Shown here piece by piece: positions 19,173 to 28,266 of a stretch of DNA of 64,000 nucleotides. The translations under genes and the position numbers were made by a program. The notes beneath the pieces were generated by a model, which worked only from the letters and a program-made list of their open reading frames with translations, searched no databases and had not been told where the DNA came from. Where the stretch lies: assembly GCA_016840165.1 (NCBI GenBank), contig JAEOSU010000072.1:256001-320000 (forward strand). Reading direction: 5' to 3'. Within the stretch, counting starts at the first letter, position 1, and each line of letters opens with the position of its first letter. This DNA is from Promethearchaeota archaeon. Its GTDB lineage: Archaea; Asgardarchaeota; Lokiarchaeia; Sigyniarchaeales; SOKP01.

Positions 19173-20765
19173 TTAAGTTTCTTTTATATTATCAATGGCT
19201 AATTCTGCAGCTTCACAAACATAATCACATTCATCATGAATCATTCCTTGTAATGCAGAAAGAACCTCAGTAGAGTCTACTCCAAGCATTCCCAATGCTT
19301 CGGTGGCTCGCCATCGTACATCTTTATTTTTGTCGGATAAAGCTCTAATTAAGGACGGAATTGCCTTAGTAGCAAATAATCCTAATTTACCAATAGCAAG
19401 CGCTGCTTCTCTACGTACATTAGCTTTCTTATCAAGTAAAGCACCTTCTAAAGCATTAAGAGCAGCATTGGATTCCACTCCAATCTTTCCTAAAGTCCTC
19501 GCAACTTCTAGTCGTATATAATTTTTTTTACTATTCAATTGCGTGATAATGAAATTTATAGGTTCATCTTTGTTTATACCAATTCCACCAATAGATGCAA
19601 TTAATAGTACTTTTTGCTTGTTATTTAAATCGAATAACTTATGGAACCATAAATAATACCCCAAACTAAGATATATGATATCTATTATTATAAATATTGC
19701 ATATATTATTGAATAAAAAAACGATATAAAAGCAAAAATAGTCCCTAGACCCCCTAAATTCATTAAAACAAAAAGTAGGGGTAATCCTGGTGTAAATAGA
19801 TAAATCATACTTAAAACTAATAAAACCCAAAAAATTGGAAATCGAATAGTTTGTTTACTAAAAAGAGGAATGTGAAACTCATCATAAGCTTTTATTATGG
19901 ATGGGATAGCAGTTTCCCCGATGCTTCGCAGCGCATCAGTGGCTATACCTCGAACAGATTCTACTTTATCGTCTAATAAACCAGAGATTTTTTCTAAAAC
20001 CTCGGGACTGGATATTTTTAATTCACCTAAAGTTTCAACCGCACATCTTCTAACGATAGCATTCTTATGCTTTAAGGAATCTAATAAATAAGGTAGGGTA
20101 GGTTCGCCAATTTGAGCAAGTGTAGATATTACCCTATTTCTTACCCTCCAATCATCATCACTAAGAGCATGAATGAGAGTAGGAATAGATTTTATAGTAT
20201 TTTTTCCAATTCCACTTATTGCTTCTGCTGATGCGGTTCTTACAGTCCAATTCGGATCTCTCATGCTTTTTGTTAAATCAGGAATAACCTCAAAAGCATC
20301 AGGACCTAATAAACCTAATGATTTCGCAGATTCAGTGCGAACACTCTCATCTTTATCCTTTAATCCATTTTTTAATATATCTATACATTCTTCAGTAGCA
20401 ACACAGATTCTTCCTAATGAATTAACCACTGAACTACGAATAGAAACTTCTTTCTCATTTATAAGATCAGCTAATCTTGGAATGGATGGAGACGCTATAT
20501 GCCCGATTTTACCCAGAGACCGAGCTGCCTCACGTCTTACGCTCCAATCTTCATCATTAAGATATTTGGTTATTTTTGAAACTGCTTTTGGCCCAGCTTT
20601 TTCACCAAGCTCTCCGAGAACGAATATAGAATTAAAACGAATAGATCTTATTTCATTATCAACTTGCGTAACCACATCATCAATAACGGAAGGATCTTTT
20701 TCTATTCTTCCGAGAACTAGATCAATCCTTGCATCTCTTAATAATTGTTCTAAAGAAGCAGACAT
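19173..20765 (-). CDS. PBS-lyase-type HEAT-repeat protein with an internal transmembrane insert
   Basis: About 12 L.D.D..VR..AA..LG repeats, interrupted at about aa 310-375 by 2-3 hydrophobic helices. Confidence 0.8.
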   Translation of the reverse strand: MSASLEQLLRDARIDLVLGRIEKDPSVIDDVVTQVDNEIRSIRFNSIFVLGELGEKAGPKAVSKITKYLNDEDWSVRREAARSLGKIGHIASPSIPRLADLINEKEVSIRSSVVNSLGRICVATEECIDILKNGLKDKDESVRTESAKSLGLLGPDAFEVIPDLTKSMRDPNWTVRTASAEAISGIGKNTIKSIPTLIHALSDDDWRVRNRVISTLAQIGEPTLPYLLDSLKHKNAIVRRCAVETLGELKISSPEVLEKISGLLDDKVESVRGIATDALRSIGETAIPSIIKAYDEFHIPLFSKQTIRFPIFWVLLVLSMIYLFTPGLPLLFVLMNLGGLGTIFAFISFFYSIIYAIFIIIDIIYLSLGYYLWFHKLFDLNNKQKVLLIASIGGIGINKDEPINFIITQLNSKKNYIRLEVARTLGKIGVESNAALNALEGALLDKKANVRREAALAIGKLGLFATKAIPSLIRALSDKNKDVRWRATEALGMLGVDSTEVLSALQGMIHDECDYVCEAAELAIDNIKET

Positions 20766-20776
20766 TTTGATTCACC

Positions 20777-21490
20777 TTATATTCCTAAATAAACTTTTTT
20801 AATTCTTGGCTCTTTTACTAATTGCTCTTTTGTACCTCTCATCTCAATTTTGCCCTCTTCGAGCACATGGATATTTTCACCTACCTCCATAGCGAGAGCT
20901 GCGTCTTGTTCAATCAATAGAGTTGTTGTACCTTCTTCTTTAATCTTATTTATCGCCTGAAAAATAGTGTCTTTAATTTTTGGAGCTAATCCCAATGAGG
21001 GTTCATCTAATAATAAGAGTTTAGGATTAGCCATTAACGATCTTGCAATTGCGAGCATCTGTTGTTCACCGCCACTCAGAGTACCTGCTCTTTGTTTTTT
21101 TCTTTCTTTTAGTCGAGGGAATATTTCAAATATAAATTCCAGTAATTCATTATACTTTTGTTTGTCTTTAAGAGTATTAGCCCCTAAGTCAATATTTTCC
21201 ATAACTGTCATATCATAGAATAATCTCCGTCGTTCAGGACAGTGAGCTATCCCTCTCTTTGCTATTTTATGAGGTTTCATACCATCAATTCGCTCTCCTA
21301 AAAATTCAATTTTACCACGATCAGGTTCTTCTAGTCCAGAAATTACTTTTAGAAGAGTAGATTTTCCGGCACCATTCGGACCTATTACGGCATCAAGAGC
21401 TTTTTCTTCAACTTTTAAGTTTATTTCTTCCAGTGCTCGTGCTTTTTCATAATAATGATATATTTTTTTCAATTCAAGCAAATCCTTCAC
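20777..21490 (-). CDS. livF: Branched-chain-type ABC transporter ATPase (LivF-like)
   Basis: GPNGAGKST, LSGGEQQMLAIAR and LLLDEPSLGLAP. Confidence 0.9.
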   Translation of the reverse strand: MKDLLELKKIYHYYEKARALEEINLKVEEKALDAVIGPNGAGKSTLLKVISGLEEPDRGKIEFLGERIDGMKPHKIAKRGIAHCPERRRLFYDMTVMENIDLGANTLKDKQKYNELLEFIFEIFPRLKERKKQRAGTLSGGEQQMLAIARSLMANPKLLLLDEPSLGLAPKIKDTIFQAINKIKEEGTTTLLIEQDAALAMEVGENIHVLEEGKIEMRGTKEQLVKEPRIKKVYLGI

Positions 21491-22214
21491 CTCTTCCTAA
21501 ATATGCTTCTAACACAATTTTGTTATTTGCAACTTCTTGGGGTGGGCCTTCGGCTATATATTTTCCTTGATGCATTGCTATCACCCTTGGAACTAAGTGC
21601 ATCAATTCCCGTAATACATGTCCCGTCATAAAAACAGTTACTCCATCATCGTGCAATTTATTGATCAAATCAGTAATTCCTTCTTGTTCTTCATGGGAAA
21701 GTCCGCTAAATGGTTCATCAAGCAAAAGAAATTGGGGATTAGTCCCAAGAGCTTTAGATATTTGTAGTTTTCGTAGATCTCCATGGGGAAGTATAATTGG
21801 AGGAATTCTAGCCTTATCAACTAAACCAGTTGATGCAAGTATTGTACTGGCATATTCCTCCACTCCATATTGTTTTGAGGCTTTTCGACTTCTCTTCGAC
21901 AAGCAAGGAACGACTACATTATCGAGTAAAGTCATATAACGAAAATATCGCACTATTTGAAAGGTTCTAGCAATACCTAAATTTACAATCTTAAATGGCT
22001 TCATACCAGTTATGTCTTGACCATTAAATCTAATAGATCCTGAAGATGGCTTTTCTAAGCCAGAGATCATGTTAAAGATTGTTGTCTTTCCTGCTCCATT
22101 TGGTCCAATAAGCCCAACAAACTCTCCACGATGTATTTCAAAGCTCATATCATTAACCGCTGTGAGTCCTGAGAATTTCTTAGTTAAATTCTTAACTTCT
22201 AATATAATTCCTAT
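21474..22214 (-). CDS. livG: Branched-chain-type ABC transporter ATPase (LivG-like)
   Basis: GPNGAGKTT, GIARTFQ and LLLDEP. The conserved N-terminus ILEVKNLTKKFSGLTAVND lies upstream of the track ATG (22148), so the start is probably ATA at 22214. Confidence 0.88.
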   Translation of the reverse strand: MGIILEVKNLTKKFSGLTAVNDMSFEIHRGEFVGLIGPNGAGKTTIFNMISGLEKPSSGSIRFNGQDITGMKPFKIVNLGIARTFQIVRYFRYMTLLDNVVVPCLSKRSRKASKQYGVEEYASTILASTGLVDKARIPPIILPHGDLRKLQISKALGTNPQFLLLDEPFSGLSHEEQEGITDLINKLHDDGVTVFMTGHVLRELMHLVPRVIAMHQGKYIAEGPPQEVANNKIVLEAYLGRGEGFA

Positions 22215-22225
22215 TTTTTTTCACC

Positions 22226-23278
22226 TCATCTTCCTAATAAAACTAACCAAAAATCTCTAAGGTGTTCTAATGCTGGTTTTAAAACTCCTTCAGATGCAAA
22301 TCGAATGATTAAAATAAGTAGAATTGAAAAAATAAAGAGAGGTTCAGCAAAATCTACTAAAAATGCAAAAAATGGTATATTCGACAAAAACTCAGATATA
22401 AATACCAAAGCTTCACTTAAAAAAACAAATATAAAAGCTCCAAGAGCACCACCGGATATTGTGGCTAGACCACCTAAAGCTACCATAATTAATGCATAAA
22501 ATGAATATAATGGTTGATATATTAAAGGATTTATCGCATTATTATACATAGCCCAAAGCGCTCCTGCTAAACCTGCAAATAAAGCACTTATCATAAATGC
22601 TATCACTTTATATTTAGTTGTATTAATACCTGAAGATTCTGATCCTCTCTCGTCATCTCGGATTGATTTTAAAATAGTCCCTAAATTTGATTTTGTTAAA
22701 CGGATCATGATAATTATTGATACGATCATAAAAATGAATACTACATAATATGAGACCGTAGCAATCGGCGATATACTTGGCACACCAGGTATTCCCTCAT
22801 CACCATGTAAAATGGGTTTTAAATCCCATAATCCGAACACCTGCCGGAATATAATGCCAATAACTAGTGTTGCTAAGGCTAAATAAGGTCCTTTCATTCT
22901 TAATGTCATATAACCAATAGCTAATCCTAATAATACAGCAACCAGAAGACTAATCCATATTGCAATTGCCCAATGAAGATGATATGTCACTAAAAGTTCA
23001 GCAATAACATATCCAGAAATACCAAGAAAGATAGCATGCCCAAAACTTACTTTCCCTGTGAAACCAGCTAATAAATCCCAACTTGCGGCATAAATAGAAT
23101 AAATCATGGCAAGCATGAATACTTTTAGGACATATGTATTAGTACTTACTAAGGGAAACAATGATAGTCCTATCACGCAAAAAATTGTTAGACCCCCTTT
23201 AAATTCTCGCGCCCAACTTGCAAAATATTTTGGAAATCCAGATATTTTTTCCCGAACCTTATTAGTTTTATTCGACAT
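22226..23278 (-). CDS. livM: ABC permease LivM-like
   Basis: GFTGKVSFGHA, RMKGPYLALAT, SIRDDE and hydrophobic helices. Confidence 0.88.
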   Translation of the reverse strand: MSNKTNKVREKISGFPKYFASWAREFKGGLTIFCVIGLSLFPLVSTNTYVLKVFMLAMIYSIYAASWDLLAGFTGKVSFGHAIFLGISGYVIAELLVTYHLHWAIAIWISLLVAVLLGLAIGYMTLRMKGPYLALATLVIGIIFRQVFGLWDLKPILHGDEGIPGVPSISPIATVSYYVVFIFMIVSIIIMIRLTKSNLGTILKSIRDDERGSESSGINTTKYKVIAFMISALFAGLAGALWAMYNNAINPLIYQPLYSFYALIMVALGGLATISGGALGAFIFVFLSEALVFISEFLSNIPFFAFLVDFAEPLFIFSILLILIIRFASEGVLKPALEHLRDFWLVLLGR

Positions 23279-23308
23279 AAATTTTTCTACACTTTAATAT
23301 TGATTTTT

Positions 23309-24184
23309 CTAATCAATTTCTTTTTTACCAAAAAGACCCCTTGGACGTATTATTAAAATTATAATTAGAACTATTATTGGCATTAGAGTGGATATAACAG
23401 GATTAAGAAAGTAAGCTGTAAAAATTCTCACATACCCCAGAATAAAGGCACCAATTAAACTACCTTTAAGACTGCCCATGCCACCCAAAATAACTATAGC
23501 AATCGAATCTGTTAATACAACCCACCCAAGATAAGGAGCCACTCTATCTAATGGTGTATAAAGTATTGCTGCTAACCCGGCTAAAAAAGCAGAGATCATA
23601 ACCGTATACATTACAATTCTATCGACATTTATGCCCATCAAGCTTGCAGCTTCACGATCCTGGGAGACTGCTCTGACAGCCTTTCCTAATTTGCTTTTGC
23701 TAATAAAGAGCATTACAAGAGATATTATCACTATTGAAGAAACAATTAATATGATTTGGTGGAGTTGAATTGTAACATCAAAAAAATTAAAACTCATATC
23801 CCAGATGGTTGAAATATGTTTAGTTTCAGGTTCAAAAAGAACACCTACTAATTGTTCTGCAAAAAATGCAAGAGCAAATGTACCAATCATAACACTTACT
23901 TCGTTTTCATGCAAGGGTTTTATCAATAGCAAATAGGTCAACATCCCAATTATAATAATGAAAACTATTGCTATACCCATTCCTAATAAAAATGCAGTAT
24001 CACCAAGATTGGGAGTAAGGGTTGACCATATCCAATAAAAAATATAACTAGCTAGAAGATAAAAGGCTCCTTGGGCCAAGTTCAAAATACGTCCAACTCC
24101 GTAAACCAATGAATAACCCAAAGAATATAAAGCATATATTAAGCTTTGAATTAAACCGAAGAATAAAAAATCTACAATGATCAC
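23309..24184 (-). CDS. livH: ABC permease LivH-like
   Basis: GYSLVYGVGRILNLAQG, GKAVRAVSQDREAASLMGIN and ILGGMGS. Confidence 0.9.
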   Translation of the reverse strand: MIIVDFLFFGLIQSLIYALYSLGYSLVYGVGRILNLAQGAFYLLASYIFYWIWSTLTPNLGDTAFLLGMGIAIVFIIIIGMLTYLLLIKPLHENEVSVMIGTFALAFFAEQLVGVLFEPETKHISTIWDMSFNFFDVTIQLHQIILIVSSIVIISLVMLFISKSKLGKAVRAVSQDREAASLMGINVDRIVMYTVMISAFLAGLAAILYTPLDRVAPYLGWVVLTDSIAIVILGGMGSLKGSLIGAFILGYVRIFTAYFLNPVISTLMPIIVLIIILIIRPRGLFGKKEID

Positions 24185-24409
24185 GTTAATTTATCAACTC
24201 GATAATTGATGTAATCAAAAGATTTAAACAAAATGTCCCATCTAATGACCATTTAATATTAAAAATATTTGTTTTTATCCTATAAAAAGATTACTTTATT
24301 CTAGTTTGCTTCTAAACAATTTTTACAAATTGTGCCAATATTTAAATACATCCTTATCAAAACTAGTTAATATCCAAAATTTATTTACAAAAATTTGTGA
24401 GAATTTAAT

Positions 24410-25927
24410 ATGGAACAATTAACAAAAAGAATATTAGCAATCGTACTGATTGCGGTAATAGGAGTTGCTATAGGATTTACAGTTTGGATCTTTGTTGCCC
24501 CTTATGTTTGGAGCAATGTAGATGTGCCTGGGATGGAAAATGAAGCTGCTATCCCTGAAGATCGAATAATCAAAATTGGAGTTGCGGGTGATACTAAAAG
24601 AATTCATGGTCGAGGCCAATATCAAGGAGCGTATTTAGCAGCATATGAAATCAATACTGGAACTGGAGCAATCGGATCGAAATATTTCCCTGGGGGAGGT
24701 ATTACCATTGGCGGTCAAAAATATTATATTGGTATAACCTCGGAGGATACTGATGAAGCTAATCCACAACTAGATACTGCTAAAGGTACCGTTGCGGCAG
24801 ATAGGTTAGTATATTATAAAAACGTGCAATTTGCTTTGGGAGGATTTAGGACAGAATCTCTTTTAGCATACCGAGAAGTTTTTATGGAGAATGCTATTCC
24901 TTTTATCAATACAGGTTCTGCAACAGATAGTTTCTGCGAAGATGTAAAAGACAATTATGCAAGATATAAATATTTCTTCCAAGACAATCCAATTAAGGGC
25001 TCGGATTTAGCATCAGAACTTATTAGACTGCTTATGACATCTTCAGTAATATTTTCAGCCTTTCCACCCTCTTTAGGAGGTGCTGGTCAACCTGTAATAC
25101 GGTTTTCGATTGTACGAGAACAGCTAGAATGGACGGAAGGTTTCAAAGATGCAATCGTTGCTGTGTTAACAAATCTAACAGGTACTAACCCCTTAATAGA
25201 AATGGTATTTACAGGGTTAGACATTACGATTCCTCAAAACATTGGAGAAACTGAGATGCGAGCTCATTGGTTAAACCTTGATGGTAACAATACTCAAATT
25301 GTAGTACCTATTATATCTGGTGAGGCAGGTAGTACATTTACTACTACTTATGGCGATATAAATCCAGGTATTATTCCCATAGGAATAAATGTTATGTCGC
25401 AAGCTGGGGACTATTGGACCACCACAGGTGGTAGATGTGAATACGGTGTAACCTTAGAATCAGTATTAAGAACAAACAAAACTACGCTAACACAACCAGT
25501 ATGGGATGCATATCTTGCGAGATGGTTAGAAAGTCCAATCTATACAGCAGTTGGAGCGATTGATGCTGTGCTCCATTATGCATGGGCGATTAATGCTTCA
25601 CAATCCCTTAATCCGGACACAATCGTAGCACAGCTTGAAACATTAGACAAGGCTAATGCCATTGAATGTACTGCTGGATGGATAGCGTATGATGATGGTT
25701 CTACTGGAGCTACTAGACATTGTACAACAGAAGGTTGGCCTTATGGTGCTGCTCTTGCAGTACAATGGTATAATGGTTTTAAGAGATTAGTACCTGGTGC
25801 TTTGATTTATCCAAGTGATCCTTGGTCAAGTGCCATTCATCCCTTATATACCCCTCCCTATGGCTACCTTGAAGGCATGAACTATACAGTACTTCCACCG
25901 GGATTAAATCCACCTACTCCTCCTTAA
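24410..25927 (+). CDS. Membrane-anchored ABC substrate-binding protein (Liv/type I periplasmic fold)
   Basis: N-terminal TM helix, IKIGV, GAYLAAYEIN and GGFRTE; divergent from the permeases. Confidence 0.8.
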   Translation: MEQLTKRILAIVLIAVIGVAIGFTVWIFVAPYVWSNVDVPGMENEAAIPEDRIIKIGVAGDTKRIHGRGQYQGAYLAAYEINTGTGAIGSKYFPGGGITIGGQKYYIGITSEDTDEANPQLDTAKGTVAADRLVYYKNVQFALGGFRTESLLAYREVFMENAIPFINTGSATDSFCEDVKDNYARYKYFFQDNPIKGSDLASELIRLLMTSSVIFSAFPPSLGGAGQPVIRFSIVREQLEWTEGFKDAIVAVLTNLTGTNPLIEMVFTGLDITIPQNIGETEMRAHWLNLDGNNTQIVVPIISGEAGSTFTTTYGDINPGIIPIGINVMSQAGDYWTTTGGRCEYGVTLESVLRTNKTTLTQPVWDAYLARWLESPIYTAVGAIDAVLHYAWAINASQSLNPDTIVAQLETLDKANAIECTAGWIAYDDGSTGATRHCTTEGWPYGAALAVQWYNGFKRLVPGALIYPSDPWSSAIHPLYTPPYGYLEGMNYTVLPPGLNPPTPP

Positions 25928-25991
25928 GAAATTAAATAAATTTTTTTTTTTCTATTTCTATTTATTTTTAAAATTAGAGTATAAGATACAT

Positions 25992-26936
25992 TCAGTTTTT
26001 TGTTGAAAATCCATTTTTTAAGCTGAGAATTCGATTTGAGCTTTTATCAAATTGGATGTTTATTGAATAAAAAGAACCAGAAAAATAACTTTCAGAAAGA
26101 AGTAAATAAAGTGTAAATTCTTTCTCGCTTTCTTTAAATTGAGGAAGTATGTATTCCCATTTAAGGAAAAAAGTATATTTTTTACAAATACCTAAGGCTT
26201 GCTTGTAGATTATTTCTTTTTGTGAATTTTTTTCTATCGTTGTCTCATATAAAGTAGTGCTTTTCTCTTTGAATTGTATTTTTTTAGTTAATTTAAATGT
26301 TATTTTATCCTCATTAGATTGGTTTTGATAAACTAAATAGGTAAAAGGAAATATACCTGGTATATAATGGGCATAATTGGGCAATCTTAATTGAACCCAG
26401 ACTTTTGTAATAATTCTATAGGAGAAATAAAAGAGATAAAACCCAAGGATGAAATAAATTATAGGTGAGAAATATAAAGAAGGCCATAAGAAAAATACCA
26501 CAAAATAGAAAAGAATTATTGAACCTGAAACCGTTGCTAAAGCGATATTGATGGCTCTATCGATAAAAAATCTCACTCTTTTTTTATAAAATGGATAAAA
26601 AAGGGGAATTTTAGAGGCAGATAAGAAATCTAATGTTAAATGCAAGCTATAAAATAGAAATCCAACTACCCATACTAAGAGAAAGGGTTCTTGTAAAAGA
26701 AATGATGAAAATATTCCGATTAACCCTGAAAATAAGAAGGCAAAGAAGTAGGAATGAGAAACTCCTTTATGAGAGAGGAGAGGGGTGTCTTTTATTCTTT
26801 TTAATGGCTCTAAGATTATGTCAAAGTCAGCTATCACAGCCATAATAATGCCATACAATACAATACTGAAATTAAATGAATTCAGTGTGAATAAGCTCAA
26901 CAGAATCCCCATTAAAAAATGAGTAAAAAAGTCCAT
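25992..26936 (-). CDS. Membrane-bound metal-dependent hydrolase (YdjM-like)
   Basis: MDFFTH, ADFD, HKGVSHS and HLTLD. Start at 26936 rather than 27017. Confidence 0.8.
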   Translation of the reverse strand: MDFFTHFLMGILLSLFTLNSFNFSIVLYGIIMAVIADFDIILEPLKRIKDTPLLSHKGVSHSYFFAFLFSGLIGIFSSFLLQEPFLLVWVVGFLFYSLHLTLDFLSASKIPLFYPFYKKRVRFFIDRAINIALATVSGSIILFYFVVFFLWPSLYFSPIIYFILGFYLFYFSYRIITKVWVQLRLPNYAHYIPGIFPFTYLVYQNQSNEDKITFKLTKKIQFKEKSTTLYETTIEKNSQKEIIYKQALGICKKYTFFLKWEYILPQFKESEKEFTLYLLLSESYFSGSFYSINIQFDKSSNRILSLKNGFSTKN

Positions 26937-27064
26937 ATTCCTTAAATAAGAAATTTTAATGTATATTTTAAGTTTAATATTTTTATTTATAATTTCTATA
27001 ATAATGAGTTTAATCATAAATAAAAATTCTTAATTTACTAAACTTAAAGGAGGCATTCCTTTTG

Positions 27065-27099
27065 TTCCTCTTTCACAAACATTTCTTGAAAGAGTTCAT
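27065..27099 (-). other. Hairpin with SECIS-like core (may instead be a terminator)
   Basis: ATGAA-CTCTTTCA-AGAAATGTTTG-TGAAAGAG-GAA on the minus strand, with a perfect 8-bp stem. Confidence 0.3.
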
Positions 27100-27220
27100 T
27101 CCAAGCTTAGTTCTATTTCGTTTGAAAATAATGGGCAAAATATTCATTATCTTTACCGAATTTCTTTCTAATCACTATTTTAAAAGAACTTATTTCAAAC
27201 CGATTTTTCACTTTTTCTCA

Positions 27221-27577
27221 TCAACATCCAACATCTGGTTGTAATTGAATATAACTGTCAGGATAGACATTAAATTCAATTTTATCCCGAATGGGATTGA
27301 ATTTTTGCATCAATCCGTTCTCATCTGGAGCATAAGCATAGATTCCAACATCATCATAAATGCTATTTGTTTTAAAATCGACAAGCAATTGCATGTAATT
27401 GTGAATATAGCCCTCATTTATAGGAAAAATTGTTTTTTGTGTATCCTTTGCTTCTATTTTATCAACCATCGCAAGACATTCCAAGAACGTAGCATCTTCT
27501 TTTATTGTAAGATTGTATTTCTTTCCGTGTTGAAGCCCCTTAATCGGTAAACTAATCTCAAAAGTTATTTTTTTAAT
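27221..27577 (-). CDS. Putative beta-grasp (MoaD/ubiquitin-like) protein ending in Gly-Cys
   Basis: The frame is open upstream of the track start (27484) to ATT at 27577/27580, behind GGAGG: KKITFEISLP...YNLTIKEDATFLECLAMVD...IQLQPDVGC. Confidence 0.55.
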   Translation of the reverse strand: MKKITFEISLPIKGLQHGKKYNLTIKEDATFLECLAMVDKIEAKDTQKTIFPINEGYIHNYMQLLVDFKTNSIYDDVGIYAYAPDENGLMQKFNPIRDKIEFNVYPDSYIQLQPDVGC

Positions 27578-27613
27578 AATATTCCCTCCATTGTTTAAAT
27601 TAAATATTTATGC

Positions 27614-27889
27614 TTAAATTAACCCTTTTTGTTTCAATATATTTGGTAATTCTTTTTTTAATAAATATGAAGCTGTAAAGATCCTATTATTATCCACTAC
27701 CGCACATTTACTATGAAGATTTAGATTACGTGCCTCTTCAGAATTCAAGTTTTTAGTATCGTAATCTATATATTTTATATAAGGAGTAAGTGCTTCAAAA
27801 ATTCTATTTACAAATTTGTCCCATTCGCAAGCACACGCATCTAATGGAACATATATATTTACTGTTAATTTTTCATTCGATTTTTCCAT
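27614..27889 (-). CDS. Small CxC protein, possible thioredoxin-fold / ArsD-like metallochaperone
   Basis: LTVNIYVPLDACACEW (strand, CxC, helix), a later Cys in KCAVVD, and ars-locus context. Confidence 0.45.
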   Translation of the reverse strand: MEKSNEKLTVNIYVPLDACACEWDKFVNRIFEALTPYIKYIDYDTKNLNSEEARNLNLHSKCAVVDNNRIFTASYLLKKELPNILKQKGLI

Positions 27890-27922
27890 TACTTATTATA
27901 GCACCTTTTTATTATTAACATT

Positions 27923-28246
27923 TTATGGGCAGTTACAGCTTTTTTGTACGCTTTTAGCAACACTTCTAGCATTCCACAAACATCCACAACCTTTCTGCTC
28001 ATTTAAAATAATGGCGTTGACAGGGCAGTTTCGCTGACAAGCACTACATTCTGTGCATAATTCTGGATGGGTTATCTCGAACTTCCCATTCTCCTTTTCG
28101 TGGGGTAATCCAAATGGACAGAGTTCGGCACAAAGCCCACAACCAGTACATTCTGGCTCTTTTATCATTATTTTTATACCTAAAACACGTAAAATGTTAT
28201 CTAAAGAATTTGTATTACAACAAGCGTTCTGATTTATATCTACCAT
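27923..28246 (-). CDS. 2[4Fe-4S] ferredoxin, HgcB-like
   Basis: CTGCGLCAELCP and CTECSACQRNCP, plus a Cys-rich tail (GCGC...SCNCP) and N-terminal CC; directly after the hgcA-like gene. Confidence 0.8.
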   Translation of the reverse strand: MVDINQNACCNTNSLDNILRVLGIKIMIKEPECTGCGLCAELCPFGLPHEKENGKFEITHPELCTECSACQRNCPVNAIILNEQKGCGCLWNARSVAKSVQKSCNCP

Positions 28247-28266
28247 ATTATCTATTCCTCCTTTTA

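Noticed and set aside
20173-20802. 209-aa plus-strand ORF
   Set aside because: Antisense shadow of the HEAT-repeat gene with no independent motif. The other short track ORFs nested in or opposite long genes were rejected for the same reason.
27062-27550. Plus-strand ORFs 27062-27244 and 27245-27550
   Set aside because: Antisense to the ars/hgc operon end, with weak TTG starts and no recognisable motifs
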